Part shown: positions 12,001 to 25,100 of the stretch, one piece after another | Numbering within the stretch: position 1 is the stretch's first letter | Layout: each line of letters opens with the position of its first letter | Source of the DNA: Trichoplax sp. H2 | Lineage: Eukaryota | Reading direction: 5' to 3' | Length of the DNA stretch: 64,000 bases | Assembly (NCBI GenBank): GCA_003344405.1 | Contig: NOWV01000165.1 | Location: 62,001-126,000 of the forward strand | Translations under genes and position numbers: made by a program | Notes under the pieces: generated by a model | What the model was told of the DNA's origin: nothing | Databases searched by the model: none | What the model saw: only the letters and a program-made list of their open reading frames with translations

Positions 12001-14068
12001 CTATATATTGAATCTTTGCGTTCTTTGATGGATACAACAGACTTCCAGTTGTAGGAAAATATGTCCTTATGATACGATCTATGGTAAACACTATTCTGAA
12101 GGTATCCACAATGCAAGTAGAATGTAACTATAGAATACTACAATCATTCACCTGATCTACAGCGTTTAGACGATAAATTATGGCGATTAAATCATATATG
12201 ATATCTTATTTATCTACTAGTTTTTACTGTATTTTCATATGTCCCAAAGAGTAAAATATTTTATTACTTTCCTTAGGTTATGATTATCGTATTTATCTTT
12301 GTTATGGGTTTTGCTATCAGCTTTGGGATGCAATGCCTCCATGAGGTCGGACAACATGGTGAAAGTTGAACTTGATTAACTATTCCTTTCCAAACTTTAA
12401 AAGCATATTGATTATTCTAATTGTTACTTAACTGTATATTTTGTTAAATAAAATTATGTTTCAAGCTCGTATAAAGAGATTAAATAATGTATTAAACACT
12501 GAAGTAAACTTTTCTAAATACTAAGATATCTTAAGTATTCTGGTCGTTTCTTATTTGTATTTCTCTAATTTATAAGTTTTTAAGTGGTATTATATAGAAG
12601 CTCTATACCTCTCTATAGCGATTAGTTTGACTTTACTGCTATAAAAATTTTAAATATTATATTGATTAAATTTACTTAGGATATATTTGCATTAAACAAT
12701 TCCCTAGGTGGCGTTCAGTAACATCTTCCTGTCTGTTATTAAAGTAATTGATATGATGGTTGGGGAAATTGATTACAAAGATGTATTTCTATCTGGAATT
12801 CAAAATGGCGATATAGCCTATCCTGGAAGTTATGCAGTTTTAGTCATTTTAATTATATTCATTTTTATTATGTCGATCTTAGTCATGAATTTGATGGTAC
12901 GTATGAATTAACAATTGTTTCTACTAAATTAGAAGTTACTTCTATAATTATTTATTGGAAAATTTTGTTGATGCTAATATATTAACCAGTACAGTACGAA
13001 AGTTGATTTATCACGTAGAAGCAAGGCATAATTATGGTAGTTTCTTTACCTTTTTTACATAATATAGCGCGTATACCTGTATGCTATGTTTTCATTAGTC
13101 TTACTTAGTATCTTAATATAATAAAGAAACTAGTAAAATGTAATGACCGATCGAATATTTGCTGTAAAATCTTTTAAACTATGGATTTCAGTTGCCAAAA
13201 AATTTATTATATGTTTAATGATCAGAAGAAATTCTTTATTAGCCATAATTAATACAGGAATATGTAAATGTACTCTAGTAAATGCTACACCTGGCAGCTA
13301 GTCAAATAGGAACGCAGGATGTGTATTTATTTTGCAATATAATATAGGAAATATACTCCGCATTCAATATTAGTATGAATTCTGGATTCTTCTTAATTTT
13401 ATTTTAGATTGGTCTAGCTGTTGGTGATATAGCCGAAATGGAAAAGAAAGCTAAACTTCGACGTTTAGCAGATTTAACTGACTACTTCTACAATATTGAT
13501 AAAATTATGTCACGTCATCTTCGTAAGCAATATAAAATTGACAAGATTACATGTACTGAAGTAGAACGGATTACAGTAAGTATCGTAAAAACGAATATTC
13601 ATAAAATCGTCAATAATTCAAAAAACTTGCTATGTAAATTAACGGTTAAAATAAGATATTAACTACTTAAAATTACTCATTTTCGAAACATCAGATAGTA
13701 CATTTTGTTTTCTAGCAGTAAAGAAAGCTAATTCTCACAATTCTATTAATTAGACTGTAGATAAATCAAATTCAAACGAATGCCTGTTTGAATCGCACAA
13801 TTCTGAAATAAGCTCTCAGATGCAAGAAATGGTTCGTCAATTTGAATCTCAAAGAATGAGGTATTCGATGTTTTACAGACATGTTTTTTAAATTGAAGAT
13901 ATTGAGCATTTTTGATGAGATCTCTTTAACAGTACCCTCAAGTTTATTCTGTGAATATGATCTCATTACGCTGCCATTTTCTGTTTACATCAATTTAATA
14001 GACTGGTCGCAATGGAAGAAAAGCTTAGATTTATATGCCAAAATATGGATGATACAAGCACTTCTTAA
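3039..14068 (+). CDS. TRPA1-like: Gene B: complete TRPA1-like channel, 26 exons, 1079 aa, about 16 ankyrin repeats plus 6-TM channel domain
   Basis: Exons 3039-3119, 3700-3865, 4370-4545, 5452-5559, 5657-5863, 6315-6362, 6534-6707, 7053-7253, 7390-7473, 7583-7665, 7757-7918, 7998-8109, 8239-8408, 9716-9800, 10024-10089, 10332-10424, 10939-11009, 11102-11330, 11482-11583, 11745-11905, 12041-12101, 12277-12345, 12708-12896, 13408-13575, 13754-13860, 14002-14068. They sum to 3240 nt with no internal stop. Motifs: repeated TPLHxAA ankyrin motifs, pre-S1 LLEHPLSARLLDTKW, pore MMVGEIDY, S6 MNLMIGLAVGDI. Confidence 0.92.
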
Positions 14069-15544
14069 TAATTCAATCATTAAAAGTACCGAATAGAATA
14101 GCAAAATGAAAATAGGATTGAAATACTTATTACGACTTCTGCTTCTTTAAGTTATTACGTATACCAGGTTAATAGGAAAATTATGAATATTTATATTATT
14201 GCAGTATTAAAATTTATAAAGCTGGCTTCAAATAATCTACCTAGAATAAAGGACTACTAGAAATATATCGACGTTTATAGCATTCCATTAAACCTACTGG
14301 AAAATTATTAATGCTTAAATACTTTTAATACAGTATAGTCCAAGTAATTTATTGCTAGTGTGCTGAATTTCTGAGCTATCTTTTAATTAAGAAATATCTA
14401 TGGATATTAATGCGAATAATATAAATTCGAAAGCTGTGATAGTCTATTTACCGGTGTTTACGCAAAATTCATTTATGCTTTGCCTTAAAATATCCCTTCA
14501 TAATAGTCTCTTATCGTAAAAAATAAATTAATCCACTTGTGAAGCAATCTGATTCAAGGTCATGTGTTCATTTTCAATATGAATGTATCTTCCTAATTTG
14601 TCATTAGTTGTAATGAACAAAATGGGCATTTTTCTATTGATTAGTGGTGAACAAGGGTAAGCTGTCGTAAAGTAAAATGAGAAATACTAACACTGCAACT
14701 ATTACGACTAAAGAAGCAAATGATCAAAATCGTCATCTAAAACCAGTATCTATTAATACTTATTTTAAAACAATTTATGGTCCGTACCATCGTCGCATAA
14801 CTTGCGAATATGTCCGTTCCTGAACCAATTAGAAATGAGATAAGACGTGAAATGCATGATCTAATGACTATTAATTAGTCAAAGCAAAATTCATGTTTCA
14901 ATCTGAAGCAACAGTGTTAACATTTTACTTCTAACTTTCACATCATTTGATTTTCAATCAGAACTTGCTTGGCCAAATTATTAAGGACACCAGTGAAGAG
15001 CGTGCAGATATAGTTTGCTAGCCTAAAATACATAACGAGCGTATTTCATGTTCATGCGACAGTAATAGTGATAATATTTTTGTTATATAGCTATAATCTC
15101 GAAATTAACAGCAACATCATTACTTACATATAAAGTGGAACGTAGTAACTGTTATTACTAGTTATTACTATGCGTTGAGATTGATATGATACTTATAATT
15201 TAGTATATTGCCTGAGTGTACAGTGCACATGCAGTAGTTAGAAAGCGACAGCGGCCCACGGTTAGTACTGTACAATGTAATCCAATTCTGGTTGGTTACA
15301 ATACTTGAAATGTTTTAACTAACAGTATATAGCATATATATAATTGTAGCCCATCAAAATTATATTATAATTCTACTGCAACCTACCAGTACATTATCTA
15401 TAAATAGTTTAGGATAATATCACCTGTTTGCACTACCAAGACAGAAATATCTGTGGTTAGAAAGCAGTTGCACTTATTATAGAACGATCATCTATTTTAC
15501 TATTTGAGATCATAAACAATTATACTAGCAATAAAAAGCAGCAT

Positions 15545-15565
15545 GAGCTAATTTCGACGTCATAG
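15545..15565. promoter_or_regulatory. Conserved upstream 21-mer with a CRE-like core, upstream of gene C
   Basis: GAGCTAATTTCGACGTCATAG is identical at 29251-29271 upstream of gene D while flanks have diverged. It contains CGACGTCA, a 7/8 match to the CRE TGACGTCA. Function is inferred. Confidence 0.4.
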
Positions 15566-15821
15566 CTAATAAACATATGACATAAGTCTCTCAGATTACA
15601 AGCATGCAACAACATGAAAAACTAGAAATAACGTCTGGATTACTTGAGTTAAATTGCGTGTATTACCTGTTCTTAATATTATTTATTAATGCATAGCAAA
15701 TAAACATATGACATACGCCTTTCAAATTACGAGCATGCAATAACGTGAAAATCTAGATATAACGTCAGAATTAGTTGAGTTTGGTTGCGTGTTTAACCTA
15801 TTCTTAATATTGTTCATCAAT
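15566..15821. repeat. Two-copy ~130 bp direct tandem duplication upstream of gene C
   Basis: aataaacatatgacata...cagattacaagcatgcaa...ctagaaataacgtc...ttgagtt...ttgcgtgt...ttcttaatatt occurs at about 15566-15690 and 15696-15821. Only one copy lies upstream of gene D (about 29272-29390). Confidence 0.85.
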
Positions 15822-16131
15822 AGTGGCATAGTGTGAAATAGAATTAGACATAATTAGTAAAGGCTTAATTGAAAAATATCATGATGTAAAAGGAATATTT
15901 TCAGTTGTATATCCAAGCCATGTAAATACGCCTATATACGTGATCAAATTTGTTTACAATCTGTTACCTTATGGAGGTAAAAGATAATTAAATTAAAATT
16001 CTATCTATAATCATAAAAAATAGCAATTTCAAACTATGATTTCATAATAAAATTTAATTATTAAAATTCTCCTTTCGGATAATACTATTTTGGTTCAAGT
16101 TTGTATTTTGATGCACTAAAGTTGTACAGCA

Positions 16132-19100
16132 ATGGAGATGCTTAGAAGATCAGATTGGTCGAAAACTTCGGTTTTATTTAGTAAAACAAAGAATGTAGAC
16201 GCTCACGATATACTACAAGTAAGATCAAATACTAAATACTTTCACTCTTATTGTAGCTTACTTCTTATACAGTAAATAAACTAAAGTACAAATACTCGCT
16301 GTCTGAAATAAAGCTATCTATAACACCGGGAGAGTATCTTTGCCCATTTAATTGCAATTTTTATTCGACTTTTCTAGACCTATTTGCTAGAATTTGATGT
16401 ATTATTAAGTTAATCGTCTCTTAACATACAATACTTTCAACAAAATTTCGAGTACTTCAATCGTTTTATGACATGAAATTATTACGGTATATATCATCGA
16501 TTTAAATAACTCCCTACCATTTAATTAAAGTTTTTAGTTACTAATTCTTTACTAAAACATGCCATCTCACCTTCTTTTCTATCACATGAAGAATTTATCA
16601 ATCTACATTTTATTCACTATCCTAATAATAATGTTAGGCTGCAAAAAGTAACGATATGCTGCTTTTGCAACAAGCTCTACCAAATGAAGAAATTGGAACA
16701 CTTGCTAACCAACTGGATCGCGATCGTTTAGCCCCATTGCACTATGCGGCAAGATGTGGTAATGCTGAAGTCATTGAATGTTTAATCGCAAGGGGTGCAG
16801 GTTCGTTAATCATCTAGTAGCAACTACTTACAACGTAAAAGATTTGATGATATCTGCAGTAATTATAGTTATTAATTTTGATTTAATACCCATTATAATT
16901 ATCGAATTCCTGACTGCAAATACCGTCAGATCTCATTATTGCTGTGTTATTTCATCTTAGACATTAATATTAAAGGCCTAAACAATGTAACACCACTACA
17001 TTTGGCAGCAAGGTATAACAGATATACAGCTGTAAAAGTATTACTAATGTTCAATGCTGATATCGGCGTTAAAGATATAGACTCTAATACGGCACTGCAC
17101 TATGCAGCAAAAGGTGGGAATCAGAAGATTTGTGAGGTAAAACTGAAAAAGATTGGAGATATTCTACTCTGCTAGTTTATGTCTTCATTTCTTACTAAAG
17201 TTACTAATGTCAATCATAATAAGAAGCGCATTACTTGAAATCCAAGAATTATAGTAATTATTATAAAGAAGACATAATATAGATGTAGAAGACGACAGTT
17301 TAATTAGACAAAACCAACAAAATTACAAAGCAAATCAATTGCCACAAATATTTTTGATACATTTTTGTTCTAATGAGTGCTTTATGGTAACGGGAATAAA
17401 AGTACTTAGATTAGAATATGATACCAGTAGCACCGAAGCCAGTTATTTATTTTTGTCCATAGGTATGCTTTGCTTAAAATTACATTACATCATCCTCTAA
17501 AGTCTTAACATATTCGATTTCAAGTGATTTAAAAGATGCAGCAATACTATTGTACAGTATTATTGTCACAAACAGTAAAAAAAATACTTAATTAATTCGA
17601 GTTTTACTCATCATCAATTACCTTACAGGAATTACTCAACAAGCGCCCATCGTTAATTGATAGTGTAAATGCAGATGAAATGACACCTTTACATTTCGCT
17701 TGCAATACCAATCATGAAGCAGTTTGCGTCTGTCTGGTAATATATTGAATCAAATATCTAATGCAATAGACAGTCGAGTATCTACTTCGAGGGAGGTAGC
17801 AATATAATTCGATGTTATGTCTCATCCGCTATTATTGCAGATTGAAAGAGGAGCAGATATCTTACGCAGAACTGCTGATGGCAGTTTGCCGATTCACTTG
17901 GCTGCTAGTAAAGGAAATACGAGTCTAATGGAATTATTATTGACTACTGGGGAGGCAAGATATGAACGTCGTGAAAACCATATTGTAGAGTGCAATCACG
18001 ATGGTGCCTCCGTTTTACATCGAGCAACTCAATGTGGCCAAAAAGAGGTTAGGATTTCTTTCAAAAATCTATAGATTGATAATGATAATATTTTATTTAC
18101 TGTAGAACTTGCTATTTTTTGTTAAATCATTTCAAAACTTAGCACTTAACCAAACTAATCTTACTCAATTCAACTTGATAGGCTGTCATTTTTGCCTTAG
18201 ATGCTGGTGCCGATGCCTCCTTAAGAGATGTAAGTGTGTCTTGATTGAAAACTTGCAAGAAAAGTTTCTATAATATGCATTCTTAAGTCAATTGTACTAC
18301 AACGATATACTGGAATGCCATAAAGTTAGTTAGCTTAGCCAATCAAACTGCGAATGATAATAGTGGTATTGCTCTGTAAAGATTGTTTTAATTTACAGCA
18401 AGTTAGGACGTCTCTTAATAGTTATCCTTTCTTTTCAATTCGCTAACAGAAAAATGGCTATACACCCTTACATGTTTTAGCTATTACAGGCAATTGTGAG
18501 ATTTGTCAAATTTTGATTGATAGAAGAGCTGCTATTGATGCTCGTGACAACGAACAACAAACTCCATTGCATCATGCAGCATCATTGAACCATTGCCAAA
18601 TAGGAGAACTTTTGGTCAAAGCTGTAAGTCAGGGTTTTAATTTGCTACTATAAATAGATATCAGGCTGCATTGCCAACTACAGAATAAAATAGTAACACT
18701 CGCTTGCAGTAAATCGATCACGAAACCCCAAATTTGTATAAAATAAGGACTTTATTCGATCTTTACTAGTGCAAACTCCCGTCGCTTTACTGACGGTTTA
18801 CGATAATGTGCTCATTTAACAGAGGTTCAGTAACTATCAGATCTCTGACTAACGAACATTATCCTCTTAGAAATACTTTTTGTAATATGATATATAGCAA
18901 TCAAAAATAACCGGGACAGGGGAACTATAGTAGGGTAACACTACGAATTGCAAGAGAGCAATAGAACTAAGAGTACCTACTGATGTGTATNNNNNNNNNN
19001 NNNNNNNNNNGCTAACAGAAAAATGGCTATACACCCTTACATGTTTTAGCTATTACAGGCAATTGTGAGATTTGTCAAATTTTGATTGATAGAAGAGCTG

Positions 19101-22100
19101 CTATTGATGCTCGTGACAACGAACAACAAACTCCATTGCATCATGCAGCATCATTGAACAATTGCCAAATAGGAGAACTTTTGGTCAAAGCTGTAAGTCA
19201 GGGTTTTAATTTGCTACTATAAATAGATATCAGGCTGCATTGCCAACTACAGAATAAAGCAGTAACACTCGCTGGCGGCAAAATCGATCACGAAACCCTA
19301 AATTTGTATAAAATAAGGACTTTATTCAATCTTTATAAAAAGAATAATCTGCACCTGACTCTAGTCTAGCTATCTACAACTACTAGAAAGACTTATAGGG
19401 AAAAAACTACCAGAATAAACTAAAATTGCCTGTTTATATACTTTTTAGTAGCGTTTGTAGCTACAATTATCATAGCAACATCCTACCTAATTTTGCCCGT
19501 ATGCAAATTATTATTAGTAAAAAAATTTTGCAGCGATCTATAATCTAATGTCGTAACAACTACAGTACACATTATTTCTGCTAGCCAAAGTACGATGAAG
19601 TAATCATTTCCTAATATATGAGTTACATATGTATTTTTNNNNNNNNNNNNNNNNNNNNGGTCAATTCTATACCAATCATTATAATGTGTCTAAGGATCGC
19701 TGTCGTATGCAAGCAAAGCTTGCTCTGTCGATAACAACCGTTATAAGAAAATGTAACAATCAAAATGGCTGTATAGAAAACTCTATAAAGATTCTATGTT
19801 TATTCAATTTTCATCAGAATATTACATGAAATCAAAATTTAAAGGCCCAGTGGCCACCCTTAGCGATATAACGAATACTATTTTAATAATCAGTACTCTG
19901 CAGAAATTACTACCTTAGAGCTATTCGTTTTACATGAAGAAATCTTGAGGTTAAAAGTACTGTAAGAATCTTATACTGACCTATTGAAATGAACCCATAA
20001 TCAGAGTCATTTAACAGTAGTATAAATACCCCCGCGCTGCTCGTTTCAAGGGAGGGTGGGCGGGATAAAAATAATAATCTGCACCTGACTTTAGTCTAGC
20101 TATATACAACTACTAGAAAGACTTATAGGGAAAAAACTGCTAGAATAAACTAAAATTGCCTATTTATATACTTTTCGTAGCGTTTGTAGCTACAATTATC
20201 ATAGCAACATCCTACCTAATTTTGCCCGCATGCAAATTATTATTAGTAAAAAAAATTTTGCAGCGATCTATAATCTAATGTCGTTACAACTACAGTACAC
20301 ATTATTGCTGCTAGCCAAAGTACGATGAAGTAAACATTTCCTAATATATGAGTTACATATGTATTTTTACCTCTAACACTAATAGTAACTCAGTACCCTA
20401 ATGTACGAATATAGTTATAGGTACTCTACCATAGAATCTTCAATTACAGTCTATGGTGATGAGCTACTAAATATGCCTAAGACAAACATAGACAGCGCTA
20501 TTGTACATCATGCTAGACATGCCTAATAATCTACAATCCAATATAAAATTAGGTTGTACTGCTATTCTACATAATTTAAATTGAATTTGTGAGAGTTTGA
20601 CTGCTGTAACCTCTATTCAGGTACGATATTTCAGCGAGCAATAAAATTTTCAATCAAAGTTACGAATGATAATAAAAAAACTGCTTCATTCCCTTCCTAC
20701 AGTACCGTTCTTGGTTTAAAATAAAATGGAAAAATGTTGACTATTCTCTACTTAAATCGTCATTTCAACTAGGGAGCTAATATTGATGTGGTAGATGCAA
20801 AGGGTAAAACACCTTTAATTTGTGGAATCTCTAGAGGTCGTACAGAAATAGTTCGATATTTGCTTTTGTCTGGCAGCAAAGTTGAAGGAACTGATACAGA
20901 AGGAAAAAATTGCCTACACTTAGCTGTAGAAGGATCCTATGAAGATTTTGATGTAATAAATTGTCTACTGACAGTAAGATGATCCACTAACTCATAATAA
21001 AATTTCATCGTATTTACTTTATTCTGATCTCTAATCGGAAACTTTATACCAGTAATAAATTTAAATTTACTCTTGGCTTCTTGTTAAGAGAAAATCGTCG
21101 GAGCTTTTAAATACCACAGATCATCACCGTAGAACACCCTTTTATTATGCATGCAATAAGGGAGACTACAAGGTAACTAGAGAGTATCAATTTATGTGTT
21201 TTATCATTACTATTATGATAACTTACGCTTTTTGACATTTCGAGTTAGTAAGGTAATTTATTAAATTGGATTAGATTTTCGAAAAAATGCTCCAATTTCA
21301 GCTCGATTTAGATATCACCGATGAAGATGGCAACAACTGCTTTCATGCGGCATGCATGTAATTTTATAGCAAACTAGTAGTACTTTACTACAGCATTGTA
21401 TAAGGAATTCTAAGTCGCTTATATCCTGAATTATTTATGATATAAATTACCATTATGATAGTAGTATAGTATAATTAATTTTCTACCAGCTTAAAATTAT
21501 GGTATACTACACCTTATAACAAATAGCAACCTATTTTTTTCAGAGGTATTTGTGTCTATCGTTCTGCCAAGAAATTTTATTGATGTTTCTATCTAATATT
21601 AACAGAGCTGGAAGATATGAAATTATCAAAACATTGATCTGCCGATTTCCTGGTCTACTATGCAGCGAAGGCGAACGTAATTATACTGCTTTACATATGG
21701 CTGTGGCTAACGGTTGTCCATTTACAGTGGAAACTCTACTAGATCGGGGAGCTGATACTTATAGAAGGTAAGTATCCATAATCAGATTATCTTTTTCCGT
21801 TTTTGAATTATTGGTACTATTGATATTCAAGACATAGAGGTTATAGCATTACTAACGATTATAATTTTTCTATTGGTTATTTATACATTTATTGACAAAT
21901 TAACCAGGGATTGCAGCTATTCCACGCCTCTAGATATCGCTTGTATGAAAGGTTTTTCTCATATTGTTAAAATTTTAATCAACTATGGAGTGGATATAAA
22001 CTCCGTTAACAAAGCTGGGGTAACATTCGCCATAGCCATGATATTACATTAATTATGTGTATGATAACACACTATTTTTAAGCCAATTCATACGATTGCT

Positions 22101-25100
22101 ATATTTTACTCAATATCTAAAATATGCCAGCAATCTTTACTAGATAGTATTATTATCTAAATTACCTCAGATTATATCGCTACCTGAAGTCTAACCCTAC
22201 TAGCGGTTAGATTTCGATCAATATAAATCAAAATATTTTGAATGCACTACAATTTTCTTCATGATAGGAATCAGGATTGCACATAGCCGCTCAGTACGGT
22301 CATACTGAAATTATGAAACAACTTATTGATAGCGGAGGTGATTTATCAAAAGAAACAGTCAGAGGAGAAAATCCTTTAGAAGTTGCTATCCGATATTGTC
22401 AACAAGATGTTGTTACCGCAATAGTAACCTTATTAAGGTATACATTATAACAAAATAAAAAATTCATTTTAAATGTTCTAACTATATTCGCATAATAAAC
22501 AAATTTCACTAAGATATTTATATTTGAAACTATCGACAGTAATTGTTGCATGTTATTCGATTGCGAGCTAAAGGATCAGTATAACTGAAGCAGATTAGAC
22601 TGAATGGAGTGTTATCCAAAACAAACTACGAACCTTAACCGTAGTGATAGAAAAGTCATTACATTCCGCATTAAATTTCTGATAATTATTTCACTTAATA
22701 CTAATGGCAAGGATTGCTTTTATAATCAATTAGTGCGAAAATAACGAGAACACAGATATAGTATCTTACGCACACAATTTCAGCATTATCCGTATCAAAT
22801 TGATAGCAGAATAAATCTTTAAATCGTTTACGCTTGCAACCAACCGTTAGGGAAAAGGATCTTTTATTAAAAGTTGGAGAAGAAGGCATAACAACATTTC
22901 AATCTATCGCCCTAGCTATGCCAGAAGTAGCAGAGGTTATATCTACTACATAATGATTTTTTCAATAAAAAACAGTGTCAGTAATGAAATATTCAATATA
23001 TTATGGCTGCGATGTATGATAAATATCAAATTGAGATAATCCTCAACGGAATTCACTTTTGGTAATCATTTTCAAGATTCATGGATGGCATTAGCTAACC
23101 AATTTTGTTACATTACAGAGTATTATGGACAGATGCATTACAAAGATCGCCACATCAGATATTAAAAACAAAGAGAAAATTTTAGTAAGTTTTATTAACT
23201 GTTGTTTACGTAAGCATTATTTATCCGTAATCGAATCAAATGATGCTTATTGCCCCTAACAGATAAAGTTATTATGAAATTGCATAGGGCTTAGAGGTGT
23301 ACTAAAATAGAATTAGATTTAGCAAAGTTATACTCGAGATCTGCGGATAATTATTTGTTTCTTTACAATGAAATTATTAACTATCAAAATGTTAGCAATT
23401 TATTTCATCAGAGCTTAACCTAATTTTTGTCAGTATTTTTGCTAAGGTGGAATATGACTGTACATTACTTGAACCTGGTGTTACGTTTGAATATGCACAT
23501 GGAGCTCCAAATGGAATTGGTAGCTTTAACGCTTTACTGGTGAATATAAGATTTTACGTCCGGTGTACACGCATTACTATAATTTTAAATTTTTATTAAT
23601 TAATACTCTTCAGTTTAAATCATGACACGCTAATAGCAATAGTATAGCCAATATACATGGAGGATAGTTTAAGCTTGTAATTTTGGACGACATTTCAAGT
23701 TAAATACGAATCGCACAAGCCTAGTATTAACTCACGATCGAATAATATCATCTGTATTTCTATACAGTATCTACCAATATTAGATGTAAAATTAAGTATA
23801 TATCATATGAACAGATTGTTACGCATTATATTTGAAAAAAAATTTCCAATCTGACTGGAAAACAATTAAGAATGTTAAAGACTATCCGTGAAAAAAGTTG
23901 TAAAATTGCTATAAATGACTATCATCAGAGCACGTACTGCATATGCATATGTAGTATGCTTACCAAAAAATAGATGGCTAGTAAAATAATGTCAAGAGCC
24001 GTAGCTTATACTGAAAGCCACACAAGCTGAAAATTGATTGTAAAATTAAGCCCTCGTTTGACTACAATCTATAATCCGGTACTTCGAAAATAGCCTAGTA
24101 TAAACATAAAACTAAAGAGCAATGCTACTGTGCATTTGAGTGCACAATTCTTAGTAGTTCAGCGGTATTTAACAGATTTCGTAAGTAAAAGTAAAGATTC
24201 AGAAGAATTATCATGCTTAGTAACATTCGTCGCATTAGTTCATAGTGATATAAATAAATTACAGTGCTAACTGTAGATCTTATTTTCGTAGACAATAGCA
24301 AAATCGAACCGTATTAACTTATTAGAGCATCCACTTAGCAGCAAACTCTTAAATGTTAAATGGTAAATATTAAATATAGAACTGATAACGCTGATTGCCT
24401 ACGCGTATAAGTTTAGTACGACATAACTATTAGTAATTTATAAATGTATTGTTTACTATAGCGTCTATCAGATCCATTCATCAGATTTGTATTTTTTACC
24501 TTTTTATAGGAGGCAATTTGGTCGATATGTGTATTATCTAAACCTGTTCACCTATATCCTTTTTGTTGCATCCTTAGTGACATACGTACTTATTATAGAA
24601 CAATTCTATAAAAACAATTCTGGAAATACAATCACGTTTAAAGGGCTTAGCCCACAATCAAGTATTACAAATTCATTCGAGGTATCATCCACGACTGTAA
24701 CTGCCTCTTTTGAAAATAGCACAAATAGTAATGCGACTACTCCGCCAAATGTAAGTTTATGAGGAAGATATCTACTGCAGTTAGTTATACATAAGTTTAT
24801 CTTTTAAGTACATTAGAGTATACGAAACAGCTTTAAAGCTGTTTCGTTTTCATGAATGTTAGTATATTGATATAACTGTAATTATTTAGTAAATAGTAAA
24901 ACTATACTGTTAATACCTAATTTGTTGAATTATATTAAACATCATGTTATAATGTTTCTAAAGTAATAATTTACACTCACGTACCTAATGGGGCTACCAG
25001 AAATGAATGCAGCGAAGCATGCCATACCATACATTTATAATTTTTGACACATATGAAATCAATCTGACGACATTTTCTAGCTTTAATAAACTAAATATGA

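Larger units (their letters stand above)
18766..20065 (-). mobile_element. Helitron, probably non-autonomous, in intron 7 of gene C; only 18766-18990 and 19659-20065 belong to the element, interior lost in assembly gaps
   Basis: On the minus strand it begins TC (20065-20064) and ends CTAG (18769-18766). An 18-nt hairpin CCGTC-agtaaagc-GACGG (18779-18796) lies 9 nt before the CTAG. It is inserted between A18765 and T20066 with no target duplication. The empty site cttta|taaaa is seen at 19335/19336. Confidence 0.85.

Noticed and set aside
19629-19829. 66-aa ORF inside the Helitron region as a RepHel fragment
   Set aside because: It spans an N gap joining two different contigs and has no HUH or helicase motifs.
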